NCBI GenBank assembly: GCA_030591445.1
Contig: JAUVBB010000003.1
Location: 1-53,412 of the forward strand
From: Deltaproteobacteria bacterium
Lineage (GTDB): Bacteria; Myxococcota; B64-G9
Reading direction: 5' to 3'
Length of the DNA stretch: 53,412 nucleotides
Numbering within the stretch: position 1 is the stretch's first letter; every line of letters starts with the position of its first letter. Under the pieces are notes generated by a model, which was given only the letters and a program-made list of their open reading frames with translations, had not been told where the DNA came from and searched no databases. Below are positions 37,520 to 47,510 of this stretch, piece after piece. Both the position numbers and the translations under genes were made by a program.

Positions 37520-39121
37520 GTGATAAAAAGTGTCGGAGCAATGGGATTTGTATTGGCAATGCTGCTAGGCTGGAGTGCACAGGGCCAGGTGGCTGGAACT
37601 TCTGCTCAACTCAATCAGGCGGTCGAAGCATATAATAGTAATGACTTAGCCGGCGCCGCCAAGCTCTTTTATGAAATCAAGATGGGCGATACCCAGGCGG
37701 CCAACCGGGCGCAAGCCGAATATTATCTGGCCCAATCGCTTTTCAAGATGGGCATGTATCAAAGCGCCTTGGCTTTCTTCAACGCGGTCTTCGTCGCCGG
37801 TCCGGCCCACCCTTATTACTTGAAGGGCGCCGAGGGTTTAATCAAGGTGGCCCAAGCCCTTCGTGATGACACCCTGATTCCGTCTCAGATCAACAAGTAT
37901 TACAACAGCCAGGAATTTGCCCGCATGGATCCACTGGTGCTAAGCAGCATCAATTTCTATGTAGGGATGTTGCTCTATCGACAGGAAAAGTATGGAGAAT
38001 CCATGGCTTTCCTGGCGGCTGTAGATGCCAAAAGCCGGGTCTATGCCAAGGGGCTCTTTCTGCAGGCCATCATCCACATTCGGCTCGGCACGCGTTATAA
38101 CATGGCCCGAGATGAGACGCGCAGCCAGGCGGAATACGACCAAGCTATCAAACTCTTCAACAACGTTATCGGACTGTCGGGTTTCAAAGAGGACCAGGCC
38201 CAAAAGGCCATGGCCACCTACGACAATATCCTTCGACTTTGGCAGCTATGTACCTTGAATCTGGCGCGGGCTTATTACGGCAAGGGGGACTACGAAAAAG
38301 CAGTCATGTATTATTCCCGTATTCCCAAATTCAGCCAAGATTGGGCCGACGCTCTGTTCGAGATGGGTTGGGCTTTCTTCTTGCGCGAAGAGTATGGCAA
38401 GGCTCTCGGTTCCTTGCATACATTGCATTCTCCTCGCTTTGGCAGTCTTTTCACACCGGAAGCGTGGATTCTCAAGTCCACGGTGTATTTCCATGTATGC
38501 CTGTATGAAGAAGCCAAAGCTGCGATCGCTTATTTCCAGGGTAATTACGAGAAGTTTCTTCCCGAACTCAAGAATTTGGTTGAATCTTCACTGCCCAATG
38601 AGAAGTATGCCTCGCTCTTGTTGAAGGATTCTTTGGATGCCAACGACCCGATGGCAGTGGTGCCGCCTACCATTCGGTCTTCTATCTTGACCAGTCCGCG
38701 GGTGGAGAACTTCCGGCATTTTCTGCGTTCCCTGGAGGCCGAGGGATTGGCCATTCCTCAGGTGAGCGAGTGGAAGGGTAGCCGCTTGTTACAAGAGCTT
38801 GCTGGGGTGGTGAGTATGCAGCGCAACCTCCTGCTTCGAACCGCCGGCGGTTTTGTAAAGGCCAATCTTATCAACCGCTATCAGACTATTTTAGGATTCG
38901 TGGGTCACTCAAAGATGGTGCAACTCGAGATCACCACCCGTGAGCGCGAGTTGGTCAAGGCCGAGCTGCCCATTCAGGCTCAACTCCGTGGGCGTCTGGA
39001 GCCTCGGCCCAATGTTCCCGACGAGACTTTCAATTACTGGTCCTTCAAGCAGGAATACTGGCAGGACGAGTTGGGATTTTTCGAGTATACGGTTCGCGAC
39101 GCTTGTCCGGCGAATCCTTAG
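37520..39121 (+). CDS. gltC: Periplasmic TPR protein GltC/NfsC-like
   Basis: TPRs, WADALFE.GWAFF, KALG.LHTL.SP, C-terminal YW.F..EYWQDELG...Y..R..C signature; GTG start after GGAGG. Confidence 0.78.
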   Translation: MIKSVGAMGFVLAMLLGWSAQGQVAGTSAQLNQAVEAYNSNDLAGAAKLFYEIKMGDTQAANRAQAEYYLAQSLFKMGMYQSALAFFNAVFVAGPAHPYYLKGAEGLIKVAQALRDDTLIPSQINKYYNSQEFARMDPLVLSSINFYVGMLLYRQEKYGESMAFLAAVDAKSRVYAKGLFLQAIIHIRLGTRYNMARDETRSQAEYDQAIKLFNNVIGLSGFKEDQAQKAMATYDNILRLWQLCTLNLARAYYGKGDYEKAVMYYSRIPKFSQDWADALFEMGWAFFLREEYGKALGSLHTLHSPRFGSLFTPEAWILKSTVYFHVCLYEEAKAAIAYFQGNYEKFLPELKNLVESSLPNEKYASLLLKDSLDANDPMAVVPPTIRSSILTSPRVENFRHFLRSLEAEGLAIPQVSEWKGSRLLQELAGVVSMQRNLLLRTAGGFVKANLINRYQTILGFVGHSKMVQLEITTRERELVKAELPIQAQLRGRLEPRPNVPDETFNYWSFKQEYWQDELGFFEYTVRDACPANP

Positions 39122-39144
39122 AAAACGACTTCCGGAGGCATCTC

Positions 39145-42100
39145 ATGCGTACTTATAGCACACGATCAGCCTTGGTTTTGCTCTTCTTGTCGATGTTTCT
39201 ACTGGGTTCAGTCGCGCCTGCCCAGGCTGGTTTCCAGGATGGGACTCTGGTAGCCAAGGCCAAGAAGAAAAAGAAGAAAAAGAAGAAAAAACGCCGCAGC
39301 AAGGCCAGGCGGAAGGCAGCCAAGAAGGCTCCGGCCAAGAAAGCAGTGGCAGATAAAGACCAAGTATCCACCGGGCCGGCCAAGATCAAGTTGCCCATGG
39401 TGGAAGAGAAAAAGGCTGCCAGCGCGACTTTGGAAGATCGTCTTCTCGAAGAAGAAATTGCGCAAATTCGGGATATTATCCGCACAACCTCCGAAGGACC
39501 GGCCAAGGCCGATCTGCTTTTCCGTCTGGCCGAGCGCTATTACGAAAAGGCGAGGTCGATTTATTACCAAGAAATGCAGGATTATGACAAAGCGGTGGAG
39601 GCTTGGGTTCGCGCGCAAGAGAAGAATCCCAACGCCAAGGAACCGAAAATCGATAATCGCAAGAGCCAAGTTTACACCCAACAGGCCATGGACGTCTATC
39701 GCATCATCTTGGGTCGCTATCGCAATTATCGACGACTGGATGAAGTCCTTTTCACCATGGGCTACAACCTGTACGAAAGCGGCAAGAAGGCCGAAGGCGT
39801 CAAGATGTATTGGGATCTAATCAAGACCCAACCGGAAAGTCGTTTTGTCCCTGATGCCTACTTGGCCATGGGCGAGCACTATTTCAACGCCAATGACGTG
39901 TTCAACGCCAAAAAGGCCTATGAACGCGCTCTCAAGTTCAAGGATTCCAAGGTTTTTGTTTTTGCTTTGTATAAATTGGCCTGGTGTGATTACAACCTGG
40001 GCGATTACGACGCTAGTTTGGTAAAATTCAAGCAAGTCATCGAGTTGGCCGAACGTGAGTCGGCCTCGGGTGCGGGCGGAGACAAAAACAAGATTCAGCT
40101 CAAACGTGAATCTCTTAACGACTTAGTCCTGGCCTTTTCGCAGATCGATGCCCTCGACGATGCCGAGGAGTACTACTTGTCCAAGGTGGGCAAGAAAACC
40201 ACCCTGGAGTATCTGCGTAAACTAGCAAGGGTATACGAGAACCAAGGCAAGGCAGAGATGGTGGTCAAGGCTTTCCGTCGTTTGTTAAACGAGTACCCGA
40301 CCAATCCAGATTGTCCGGCTTTCCACAACTCCATTGTATTGGCCTATCGCAAGTTGAACGATCGGCCCAAGGTCAAGCAGGAAATCAATCGCCTCATCGA
40401 CCAGTATAAGCCAGGTTCTCACTGGGCCGAGGTCAACAAGGGCGACCAAATGGCCATCAAGAAGGCCAATTCTCTAGTCGAGGCATCCTTGCGCGATTTG
40501 GTAACCAGTTACCACCGGGAAGCCCAGGAGACCAAGCGCTGGGATACCTACAATCTCGCCCGGGAAATTTACGCCAAGTACTTGGAAACATTTCCTGATT
40601 CAGAACATGCCTACAAGTTGAGCTGGTACTACTCGGACATCCTTTATAAGATGGGCGATTTTTATGGCGCCGCCCAAGAATTTGCCAAGGTAGTGAAAAG
40701 GAACGAGAAGGGGGCCTTTAGTGCTGAAGCGGCCTACAATTCCGTTCTAAGCTGGGACAAATGCATCGCGCTTAGAAACGTGAAGAAGATTGATTGTCGG
40801 CAGTGGAAACCAAAAGAAGGCAAGGGACGTTTAGGCAAGGAAGAGTCAAGAGTCATTCAAAAAGAGAAGATGGATTTCATCAAATCGGGTCGCCTGAACA
40901 AAGCCGAATTGCAAAAAAGGGAGATTCCTTTCCTGGAGAAGAAGTTCCTGGCGGCCGCTGATGTATTTGCTTCGGTGGCTCCCAAGCATGAAATGTACAT
41001 TCCCATTCGCTTCAAAAGCGCCTTTTTCTTCTATCAATACCGACATTATCGGGAAATGGCGCGACGATTTGGCGAGATCATTGAACGACACCCGCGCAAC
41101 GAGTTTGCCCTGAGGGCGGTTCGTCTTTCGCTCAACACCATGTACATGAAGGCCACCACCGAGTCAGAGAGCGATAAGGAACGCAATGAGAACTGGAAGG
41201 AGATCAACCGCTGGGCAAAGACCTTTCAGAAGAACCGCGTGCTGATGAACAGCAAATCGGCGAAGAGAGAGAAATTTGCCGTTGAGGTTCAGAGCCTTAT
41301 CGAAGAATCGGGTTACAACGTAATCTTGGCTCTGCGTAAGACCGACACCCTGAAGGCGGGTCAGGAATTCGACAAGTTCGTGCACGATTACCCAAAGAGC
41401 AGCCTGGCTCATCGCGGTTTGTTTGCCGCCATGGTCATATACGACGAGGCCAATCAGTTGGATCTTGCCATTTCGGCCGGCAAGCGGCTTTTGGCCAACT
41501 ACAAGACCAGTGATCGCTACAACAAAACCGTTGGCTTTTTGGCTGATTTTGAGACCCGAGTCGCAGGTTTTGGGCAAGCAGCGGCTTACAACGAGCTGTA
41601 CTTCAAAAAATACATGGAAGAACAAGAGCAAAAATCCAAAAAGAAAAAGAAAAAGAAACGTAAAGCGAAGAAGAAGGGCAAGAAAGAAAGCAAGGCTGAG
41701 CTCATTACCGACAAGGAAGCAGCCAATTCTCTCTACAATGCCGGCTTGCTTCGTGAGAGCATGGGACAATTCGACAAGGCCATTGGTAATTATGTGAAAT
41801 ATATCAAGCACTTTCCTGATGCCAAGGATGTACCCGATGTGTTTTATAAAATTGGAAACATCTACGAGCGTAGGAAACTGTGGCGCAAAGCGGACCGCGT
41901 GTACGATGCCTACCCAGAAAAATACAAAGATCGCTCAAGCCCGGGTCGCATGCTGGCCTTGGTCTATAAAAAAGCCATGCTCCTGCTAAAAATGGACAAG
42001 AAAAAGGATTCCGACAAATTCCTGGACAAGATCATTGAGGCCTATGGCAAGTTAGACGAGAAAGCCCGCAACGAGGAGGCTAGACTGTCTGTCTCCCACG

Positions 42101-42675
42101 CCCGTTTTCTCCAGTTGGATGTAGAGTTTGTTGACTACATGGCCATCAAGCTAGTGTTGCCGCCTCGAACATTGAAACGGAATCTATTCCAGATGATCGA
42201 CGGTCGGCCAAAGTTGGAGAAGAAATACGAGGAAATCGTCAGCTTCAAAGATCCAGACTGGTCAGTGGCCGCGCTGGTACGGATTGGTCAAATTAGCCAG
42301 AAGTTGAGCCAGGCCATGTACGATGCGCCGGTTCCGCGCGGACTCACGATGGATCAGCAGGATATTTACGTACAAGAGCTGCAGAGCCAGGCCTTGCCTC
42401 TGGAAGAGAAAGCCATGAACTTCTACCGCAGGGCCATCAGCGTGTCTAACACCAAGGGAATTTACAACAAGTGGACAATCAAGGCGCAGGAACAACTGAA
42501 ATCTTATCAGCCTTCTAGTTATCCCAAAGTTTATTCGGCAAAGCTGGTTTCAACCGAGTTTGTCTACCAGCAAGGATGTGTGCGAGATAAGTTGGAAGTG
42601 CCTCCTCCGGAGGCAGCCCCAACTGTTCCCGCCGCAGTCGAAGCGGCGACCGAGCCACAAGCGGCGGCCCAATAG
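39145..42675 (+). CDS. gltD: Large TPR protein GltD (AgmU)/NfsD-like
   Basis: KADLLFRLAE.Y.EK, YKLAWC.YN, LNDLV, WSVAAL.RIG...APVPRGL..Q..Y..L...A.PLEEKA; GGAGG SD. Confidence 0.82.
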   Translation: MRTYSTRSALVLLFLSMFLLGSVAPAQAGFQDGTLVAKAKKKKKKKKKKRRSKARRKAAKKAPAKKAVADKDQVSTGPAKIKLPMVEEKKAASATLEDRLLEEEIAQIRDIIRTTSEGPAKADLLFRLAERYYEKARSIYYQEMQDYDKAVEAWVRAQEKNPNAKEPKIDNRKSQVYTQQAMDVYRIILGRYRNYRRLDEVLFTMGYNLYESGKKAEGVKMYWDLIKTQPESRFVPDAYLAMGEHYFNANDVFNAKKAYERALKFKDSKVFVFALYKLAWCDYNLGDYDASLVKFKQVIELAERESASGAGGDKNKIQLKRESLNDLVLAFSQIDALDDAEEYYLSKVGKKTTLEYLRKLARVYENQGKAEMVVKAFRRLLNEYPTNPDCPAFHNSIVLAYRKLNDRPKVKQEINRLIDQYKPGSHWAEVNKGDQMAIKKANSLVEASLRDLVTSYHREAQETKRWDTYNLAREIYAKYLETFPDSEHAYKLSWYYSDILYKMGDFYGAAQEFAKVVKRNEKGAFSAEAAYNSVLSWDKCIALRNVKKIDCRQWKPKEGKGRLGKEESRVIQKEKMDFIKSGRLNKAELQKREIPFLEKKFLAAADVFASVAPKHEMYIPIRFKSAFFFYQYRHYREMARRFGEIIERHPRNEFALRAVRLSLNTMYMKATTESESDKERNENWKEINRWAKTFQKNRVLMNSKSAKREKFAVEVQSLIEESGYNVILALRKTDTLKAGQEFDKFVHDYPKSSLAHRGLFAAMVIYDEANQLDLAISAGKRLLANYKTSDRYNKTVGFLADFETRVAGFGQAAAYNELYFKKYMEEQEQKSKKKKKKKRKAKKKGKKESKAELITDKEAANSLYNAGLLRESMGQFDKAIGNYVKYIKHFPDAKDVPDVFYKIGNIYERRKLWRKADRVYDAYPEKYKDRSSPGRMLALVYKKAMLLLKMDKKKDSDKFLDKIIEAYGKLDEKARNEEARLSVSHARFLQLDVEFVDYMAIKLVLPPRTLKRNLFQMIDGRPKLEKKYEEIVSFKDPDWSVAALVRIGQISQKLSQAMYDAPVPRGLTMDQQDIYVQELQSQALPLEEKAMNFYRRAISVSNTKGIYNKWTIKAQEQLKSYQPSSYPKVYSAKLVSTEFVYQQGCVRDKLEVPPPEAAPTVPAAVEAATEPQAAAQ

Positions 42676-42692
42676 GGACTTGAGGTGGAATC

Positions 42693-44381
42693 ATGAGAGG
42701 AAAACGAACCATGAGATTAGCAAGACTGTGGATTGGCTTTCTTGTCATCTGGGGCCTGGCTGGCTGCGCGGAAAAGAAAGAAATAGTCAAGGTGGATGTC
42801 TCGCCGAAGATTATCAAAGCACAGCAGCCGGAGGAGTTCTTCAACCTGGGTGCTGATTCGCTAGCGGCTGGCAACAAAGAAGAAGCCCTGGCATTATTTC
42901 AAAAAGCGGTTACCAAGGCGAACGGAGACCTTTCGCGCGTGAGCGCGGCTTACTACAACATCGGTGTTTTGCTACAAGAACGCGGTGATTTGTCTGGGGC
43001 CAAGAAATCCTATCAGCAAACACTGGCAGACAAGCCGAACCATCGAGATGCCTTGGTCAACTTGGGTGTTATCCTCAAGGCCCAAAAAGATTATGCCGGT
43101 GCCATTAAGCACTACCAAAAGGCACTGAAGAAGGTGGCCCGCGATCCATTGCTTATGAACAACCTGATCATGGTTTATCGCCTGAGCCGTCGGTATAAAG
43201 AGGCGGAAAAGACCGGACATGAGCTGTTGGCCAGGGCTCCGAACAATGTAGAAGCCTATAAAAATATGACCCTGGTTTACTACGACCAGAAAAAATACGA
43301 GATGGCCAAATTGTTGTGCATTAACGCTGGTAAAATGCTGGAGAAGGCCCGTAAGAAAAACCCGGCCATGAAAGATGACGCCGGGATCTATAGCAACTTA
43401 GGCATGATCAATATGAAAATGGGTAAGCCAAGAGCGGCCTTGGCTCAATTCCAAAAGGCCCTTGCTATCGATCCCCAGCATGTTGATTCTCTGAACAACA
43501 TCGGCGCTATCGCCCATCAATACCGGGACTATGACCGAGCCGAAGATGCCTATCGAAAAATCCGCGCGATAAACCCTGACGATGTCAATGCGCTGGTCGG
43601 GCTGGCTTATGCGGTTTACGGAAAAGGAAAGGCCAAAGAAGCAATTCCGTTATTTGAGCAAATGCTTACCAAGCGGCCCGATGATGGCGAGGCTATCTTT
43701 GTTCTGGGCGAAATCTACTACACCTTCCAGCATGATTATACCAAGGCCTTGAAGTATTACGGAGATTACAAGGCCAAGAAGGGTAAGAGTCTGCAGGCCT
43801 CCGACCTGGTTCATTCTCGGATCGCAACATCCAAGGCCAAACTGGCGATGGCGACCCAGCTAAAGAAAGACGAAGAAGCCGATCGTAAGCTGGAAGAAGA
43901 AGCACGCAAAAAGGCTCTAGAAAAGGCCAAAGCCGAATCCGCGGCCAAAAAGAAAGAGCGGGAAGCCAAGCTGAAAGAAATTCTGAAGAGTCAGGAAGCG
44001 GAAGAGGAAACGCCGGAAGCAGATGCAGCGAAATCGGACACACCGGCTGCTAAGCTCCCGCCAGACTCGAAGGCAGCCCCCCTGGATAAGAAAGCCGAGG
44101 CCGCGGGAAAAGAAGCTGCTGCCCCGGATGCAAAGAAAGAGAAAGAGGCAGCGGCACCGGCGAAGAAGGCTGCCAAGAAAGAAGACAAGCCGGCGAAGGC
44201 AAGCAAGCCGGCCAAAGAAGACAAACCGGCGAAGGCAAGCAAGCCGGCCAAAGAAGACAAACCGGCGAAGGCAAGCAAGCCGGCTAAAGAAGACAAACCG
44301 GCGAAGGCAAGCAAGCCTGCTCAGAAAGGCCCAGCAACGCCAGCGCCGGTGAAAGCAGTGGACGAAGGGGAGAAGAAATAG
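42693..44381 (+). CDS. gltE: TPR lipoprotein GltE (AglT)/NfsE-like with K/A/P-rich repeat tail
   Basis: LAGC lipobox, TPR array, position between gltD and gltF homologs. Confidence 0.78.
   Translation: MRGKRTMRLARLWIGFLVIWGLAGCAEKKEIVKVDVSPKIIKAQQPEEFFNLGADSLAAGNKEEALALFQKAVTKANGDLSRVSAAYYNIGVLLQERGDLSGAKKSYQQTLADKPNHRDALVNLGVILKAQKDYAGAIKHYQKALKKVARDPLLMNNLIMVYRLSRRYKEAEKTGHELLARAPNNVEAYKNMTLVYYDQKKYEMAKLLCINAGKMLEKARKKNPAMKDDAGIYSNLGMINMKMGKPRAALAQFQKALAIDPQHVDSLNNIGAIAHQYRDYDRAEDAYRKIRAINPDDVNALVGLAYAVYGKGKAKEAIPLFEQMLTKRPDDGEAIFVLGEIYYTFQHDYTKALKYYGDYKAKKGKSLQASDLVHSRIATSKAKLAMATQLKKDEEADRKLEEEARKKALEKAKAESAAKKKEREAKLKEILKSQEAEEETPEADAAKSDTPAAKLPPDSKAAPLDKKAEAAGKEAAAPDAKKEKEAAAPAKKAAKKEDKPAKASKPAKEDKPAKASKPAKEDKPAKASKPAKEDKPAKASKPAQKGPATPAPVKAVDEGEKK
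44178..44321 (+). repeat. 36-bp coding tandem repeat x4 (KEDKPAKASKPA)
   Basis: AAAGAAGACAARCCGGCGAAGGCAAGCAAGCCKGCY at 44178, 44214, 44250 and 44286. Confidence 0.95.
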
Positions 44382-44467
44382 GTCAGCCGAATGTTTTCGG
44401 TATTCGGAACTTTGCCACGATGGCATTGTCGAATACCACACGGCCCCGGAAGGCGGAGGATAAAGAC

Positions 44468-44737
44468 ATGACAAAGCTATTTTGGATTTTGTTGATTGCC
44501 GTGGCCCTGGCCATGCCGGTGGCGGCCCAGGAGGCCGCCGTAGCGGAAGAAACTGCCGAAGAGGTGGTCTACAAGAAAACGACCATCATCGACTTCTCTG
44601 ATGTCACCATCACTGGAGAGCTGACCAAGCCGGAAGGCTCTTACATGATGAACAAGAAGAATGCCAATTTCAATCTCTTGATCCGGGTACGAGATAACTT
44701 TTTGCCCGAAATGATCAAGACAGTTGACAATCTTTGA
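44468..44737 (+). CDS. gltF: Adventurous gliding protein GltF (CglF)/NfsF-like, 89 aa
   Basis: Signal peptide + KKTTIIDFSDVTITGELTKPEGSY...F..LIRVRDNFLPE; GGAGG SD. Confidence 0.88.
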   Translation: MTKLFWILLIAVALAMPVAAQEAAVAEETAEEVVYKKTTIIDFSDVTITGELTKPEGSYMMNKKNANFNLLIRVRDNFLPEMIKTVDNL

Positions 44738-44810
44738 CCAAACAGCGAACGATTGGTAGCCAGAAGACGTTGACTTGATTTCAGGATTTGCCTAGTCAAG
44801 GAGTATTGTC

Positions 44811-46763
44811 ATGGGAAGCCAAGAAACAGTTTTGAATATTACGCTTGATGTGGATTTCAACGGCACCGGAGAGGGCCGGCACGAGTTCGCGCAAAAAAGC
44901 GTGATTATAGGCAGTGGCTCGGCCGCCAATCTGCGCATTGACGACTCGTCCATTTCTAGCATTCATGCCATTCTAAAAGCCGGTGACGAAAATACCAGCG
45001 CTTTGCTGAGCGATCTTGGCAGCGAGGATGGTACCCGCATCAACGGCCGAGAAATTAGCCGAGAGGCTGCCATCAAGCGCGGCGACAAACTTGAGATCGG
45101 CGATGTGGAAATCCATGTCGTTGGCGTGGGCCAGGAAGACGAAGTGACCAGGCCCGCTGAGCCGGCGCCGGTTCGTGAAGTGGCGCAAGAAGAAGAGTTA
45201 GATGAGGCCGAGGAAATTCCTGACGAGGATGTGGGGGATATGGAAGAGGAGCCTACCTTGGTTCCCGAGGAGCCTGTCGTTGAGGCCCGTCCGAGCAAAA
45301 AGCCGCCCAAGCCGGCGCCTAAGGTCAAGAGCAAAAGAAAAAAGAAGGCCAAAGCAGCTGCTGAGCCGGAATTGGACACTGGCGAAGAGAGCGGCCGGCT
45401 TTTCTTTGAGCGCGAAGTCTTGACGATGGAGCGACCTAGCAAGAGCGATGGCTTGCTCGAAGTCAAAGTAGCTTGGGGCCAAATTGTGTTGGATGCGCGG
45501 CAATTCGCGGTAGGCGAATCTGTGACCATCGGTGATGGCGCCGACGCAAGCATTCAGGTGGGTTTGGCCGGAATGGAAGGGGAAAGTTTCACCCTACTTA
45601 GTTCCGGTGGCAAAACCGGTTGTGTAGTCAATGTAGCCTCCGGGATGAAATTGGATGTGCGTAAAGAGGGTAAATCGGTAGACGTTGACAGTCTGCCTTC
45701 GGCGGGTGCGGTGCGCACCTACGCGCTCGATATGACCGACCGCTGCCGGGTTACGGTGGGCCAATTGGCCTTCGTTATTCAATATGTGGCGCCGGGTCGG
45801 GGCGTTGTCGGCAGCCAGACCGCGGCCTCTGAGTCGCGCATGGGTAAGTGGTTTTCCTTGTTCCTGCTGGTGGCCATTGGTTTGTGGACCATGGTGCAGT
45901 TGACGCCGGCCTACGAGGTGGATGCCTCTGACTACCTGAAGAATCCGGCGCGTTTTGCTCAGTTGCTGATGCCGACCCAGGCCCAGGAGAAGAAGAAGAG
46001 TTTTGATGAGATCAAGAAGAAGGAAAAAGAAAAGATAAAAGTAGAGGAAAAAGGTCAGTGGGAAAAAGTGCAGTCGAAGGCCAAAACCAAGAACACCAAG
46101 GACGTACCGCGAGAAGTCAAAGAGAAGATCGACCGCAAGATTGCCACCTCGGCAGGTATTTTGGGTTTGCTCAAAGCAAAAGGTGGCGGTTCCGGCGATA
46201 ACTCTTCCTCTTTGTTTGGCGGTTCCGGCATGACCAATTTGGACCAATCTCTGGCCAGCTTGCGCAATACGGGCATGGGAGATTCCGGCGGATTTGGTGG
46301 TTTAGGCACCAGAGGCGGTGGTCCCGGTGGTGGCAGCGGTCTTGGCTTGGGCGGCTTGGGTACCCACGGCTACGGTCGTGGCAGTGGAAAAGGTTATGGC
46401 TCGATCAAGATTGGTCACCGCGGCAAGCATGGGGTACGGGTGGTCAAGGGACGCACGCGGGTCATGGGTGGTCTTTCGCAGAAAGTTGTTGGCCGGTACA
46501 TCCAACGGTATTGGGCCCAGTTCAAGTATTGCTATGAGCGGGAGCTGACCAAGGCCCCCAACCTGTATGGAAAAATCACGGTTACTTTTACTATCGCCGG
46601 CAATGGCCGGGTGAGCGATGCGACAGTCATTCAAACCACCATGCACAACGCCAATGTAGAAGAGTGCGTTCTGCGTGTGGTTCGGCGCATTCGATTCCCG
46701 TCTCCCAAGGGCGCTGGTGAAGTCATCGTGACCTATCCGTTCATGTTTACCACCACGGGATAA
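44811..46763 (+). CDS. gltG: GltG (PglI)/NfsG-like: FHA - TM - Gly-rich - TonB-C/AgmX-PglI C-terminal domain
   Basis: N-terminal FHA-like domain, TM, KNPARFA, Gly-rich linker, KYCYEREL...L.GKI.V.F.I...G.V...VE.C...FP.PKG..V.V.YPF.F. Confidence 0.88.
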   Translation: MGSQETVLNITLDVDFNGTGEGRHEFAQKSVIIGSGSAANLRIDDSSISSIHAILKAGDENTSALLSDLGSEDGTRINGREISREAAIKRGDKLEIGDVEIHVVGVGQEDEVTRPAEPAPVREVAQEEELDEAEEIPDEDVGDMEEEPTLVPEEPVVEARPSKKPPKPAPKVKSKRKKKAKAAAEPELDTGEESGRLFFEREVLTMERPSKSDGLLEVKVAWGQIVLDARQFAVGESVTIGDGADASIQVGLAGMEGESFTLLSSGGKTGCVVNVASGMKLDVRKEGKSVDVDSLPSAGAVRTYALDMTDRCRVTVGQLAFVIQYVAPGRGVVGSQTAASESRMGKWFSLFLLVAIGLWTMVQLTPAYEVDASDYLKNPARFAQLLMPTQAQEKKKSFDEIKKKEKEKIKVEEKGQWEKVQSKAKTKNTKDVPREVKEKIDRKIATSAGILGLLKAKGGGSGDNSSSLFGGSGMTNLDQSLASLRNTGMGDSGGFGGLGTRGGGPGGGSGLGLGGLGTHGYGRGSGKGYGSIKIGHRGKHGVRVVKGRTRVMGGLSQKVVGRYIQRYWAQFKYCYERELTKAPNLYGKITVTFTIAGNGRVSDATVIQTTMHNANVEECVLRVVRRIRFPSPKGAGEVIVTYPFMFTTTG

Positions 46764-46799
46764 AGCCGAGACAGCGAAAACGTCATGGAGAGATCTATT

Positions 46800-47510
46800 A
46801 TGAGCACGCGATTTTGGATGCTGGTCTTCACGTTAGCGGCGGTAATGGCTACAAACGCTGCCTGGGCGCAGGATGAGGCAGCTGCGGCTCCGGCCGGACC
46901 GACGACCGAGGCCAAACCTGAGCCCAAAGCCCAGGCCGAAGTTCCGCCGGAAGCCAAGCCTCCGCAGATGCAAGTGGACCAAAGCGAAGACGTTTCTTTC
47001 GAGCGGGTAAAAGGGTTTTACATCGAAGGTCGAGGCGGAGTTTTCTTCACCTTGAGTGGCGCTCGCGGTTACTCAAACGGCCAGCCTTTCACTGGTTTTG
47101 ATCTGGGTTACGATGTGTCTGACCGCTTTTCGGTGCAACTGGCTTATGCCAGTGGTTACCAGGCTGCCAACCCGATTTTGTACCAGGACCAGTGCACCTT
47201 GCCCACCGGTTGCTCCGACTATCACCTGGATTTTGCCATGACCTTTTTCAACCTGGCTGCCGATTACGATGTGCTTTATGGTGAGCGCTGGGCCATTGAA
47301 CTCAGGCTGGGTGGCGGGGCGGTGTTGACCAAACCGTCGGCAGAGCCCAACCAAGCTGCGATTGATGGCAACGTTTTTGGTGGCTTACGGCTCGAATACT
47401 ACACCATGCTCAAGCACTTCTCGGTTGGTCTAGAAGGCGATTTCTACTATGTATTGCCTACCGGCATCCCAGCTGTCTCGGTGGGCATGTCTATCCTTTA
47501 CAACTTCTAG
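46800..47510 (+). CDS. gltH: Outer-membrane beta-barrel GltH (CglE)/NfsH-like
   Basis: Signal peptide; GVFFTL.G..GYSN.QP, LEYYT.L.HFSVG, terminal YNF. Confidence 0.8.
   Translation: MSTRFWMLVFTLAAVMATNAAWAQDEAAAAPAGPTTEAKPEPKAQAEVPPEAKPPQMQVDQSEDVSFERVKGFYIEGRGGVFFTLSGARGYSNGQPFTGFDLGYDVSDRFSVQLAYASGYQAANPILYQDQCTLPTGCSDYHLDFAMTFFNLAADYDVLYGERWAIELRLGGGAVLTKPSAEPNQAAIDGNVFGGLRLEYYTMLKHFSVGLEGDFYYVLPTGIPAVSVGMSILYNF

Noticed and set aside
44178-44321. 36-bp repeats as a CRISPR array
   Set aside because: No spacers, in-frame coding tandem repeat, no cas genes
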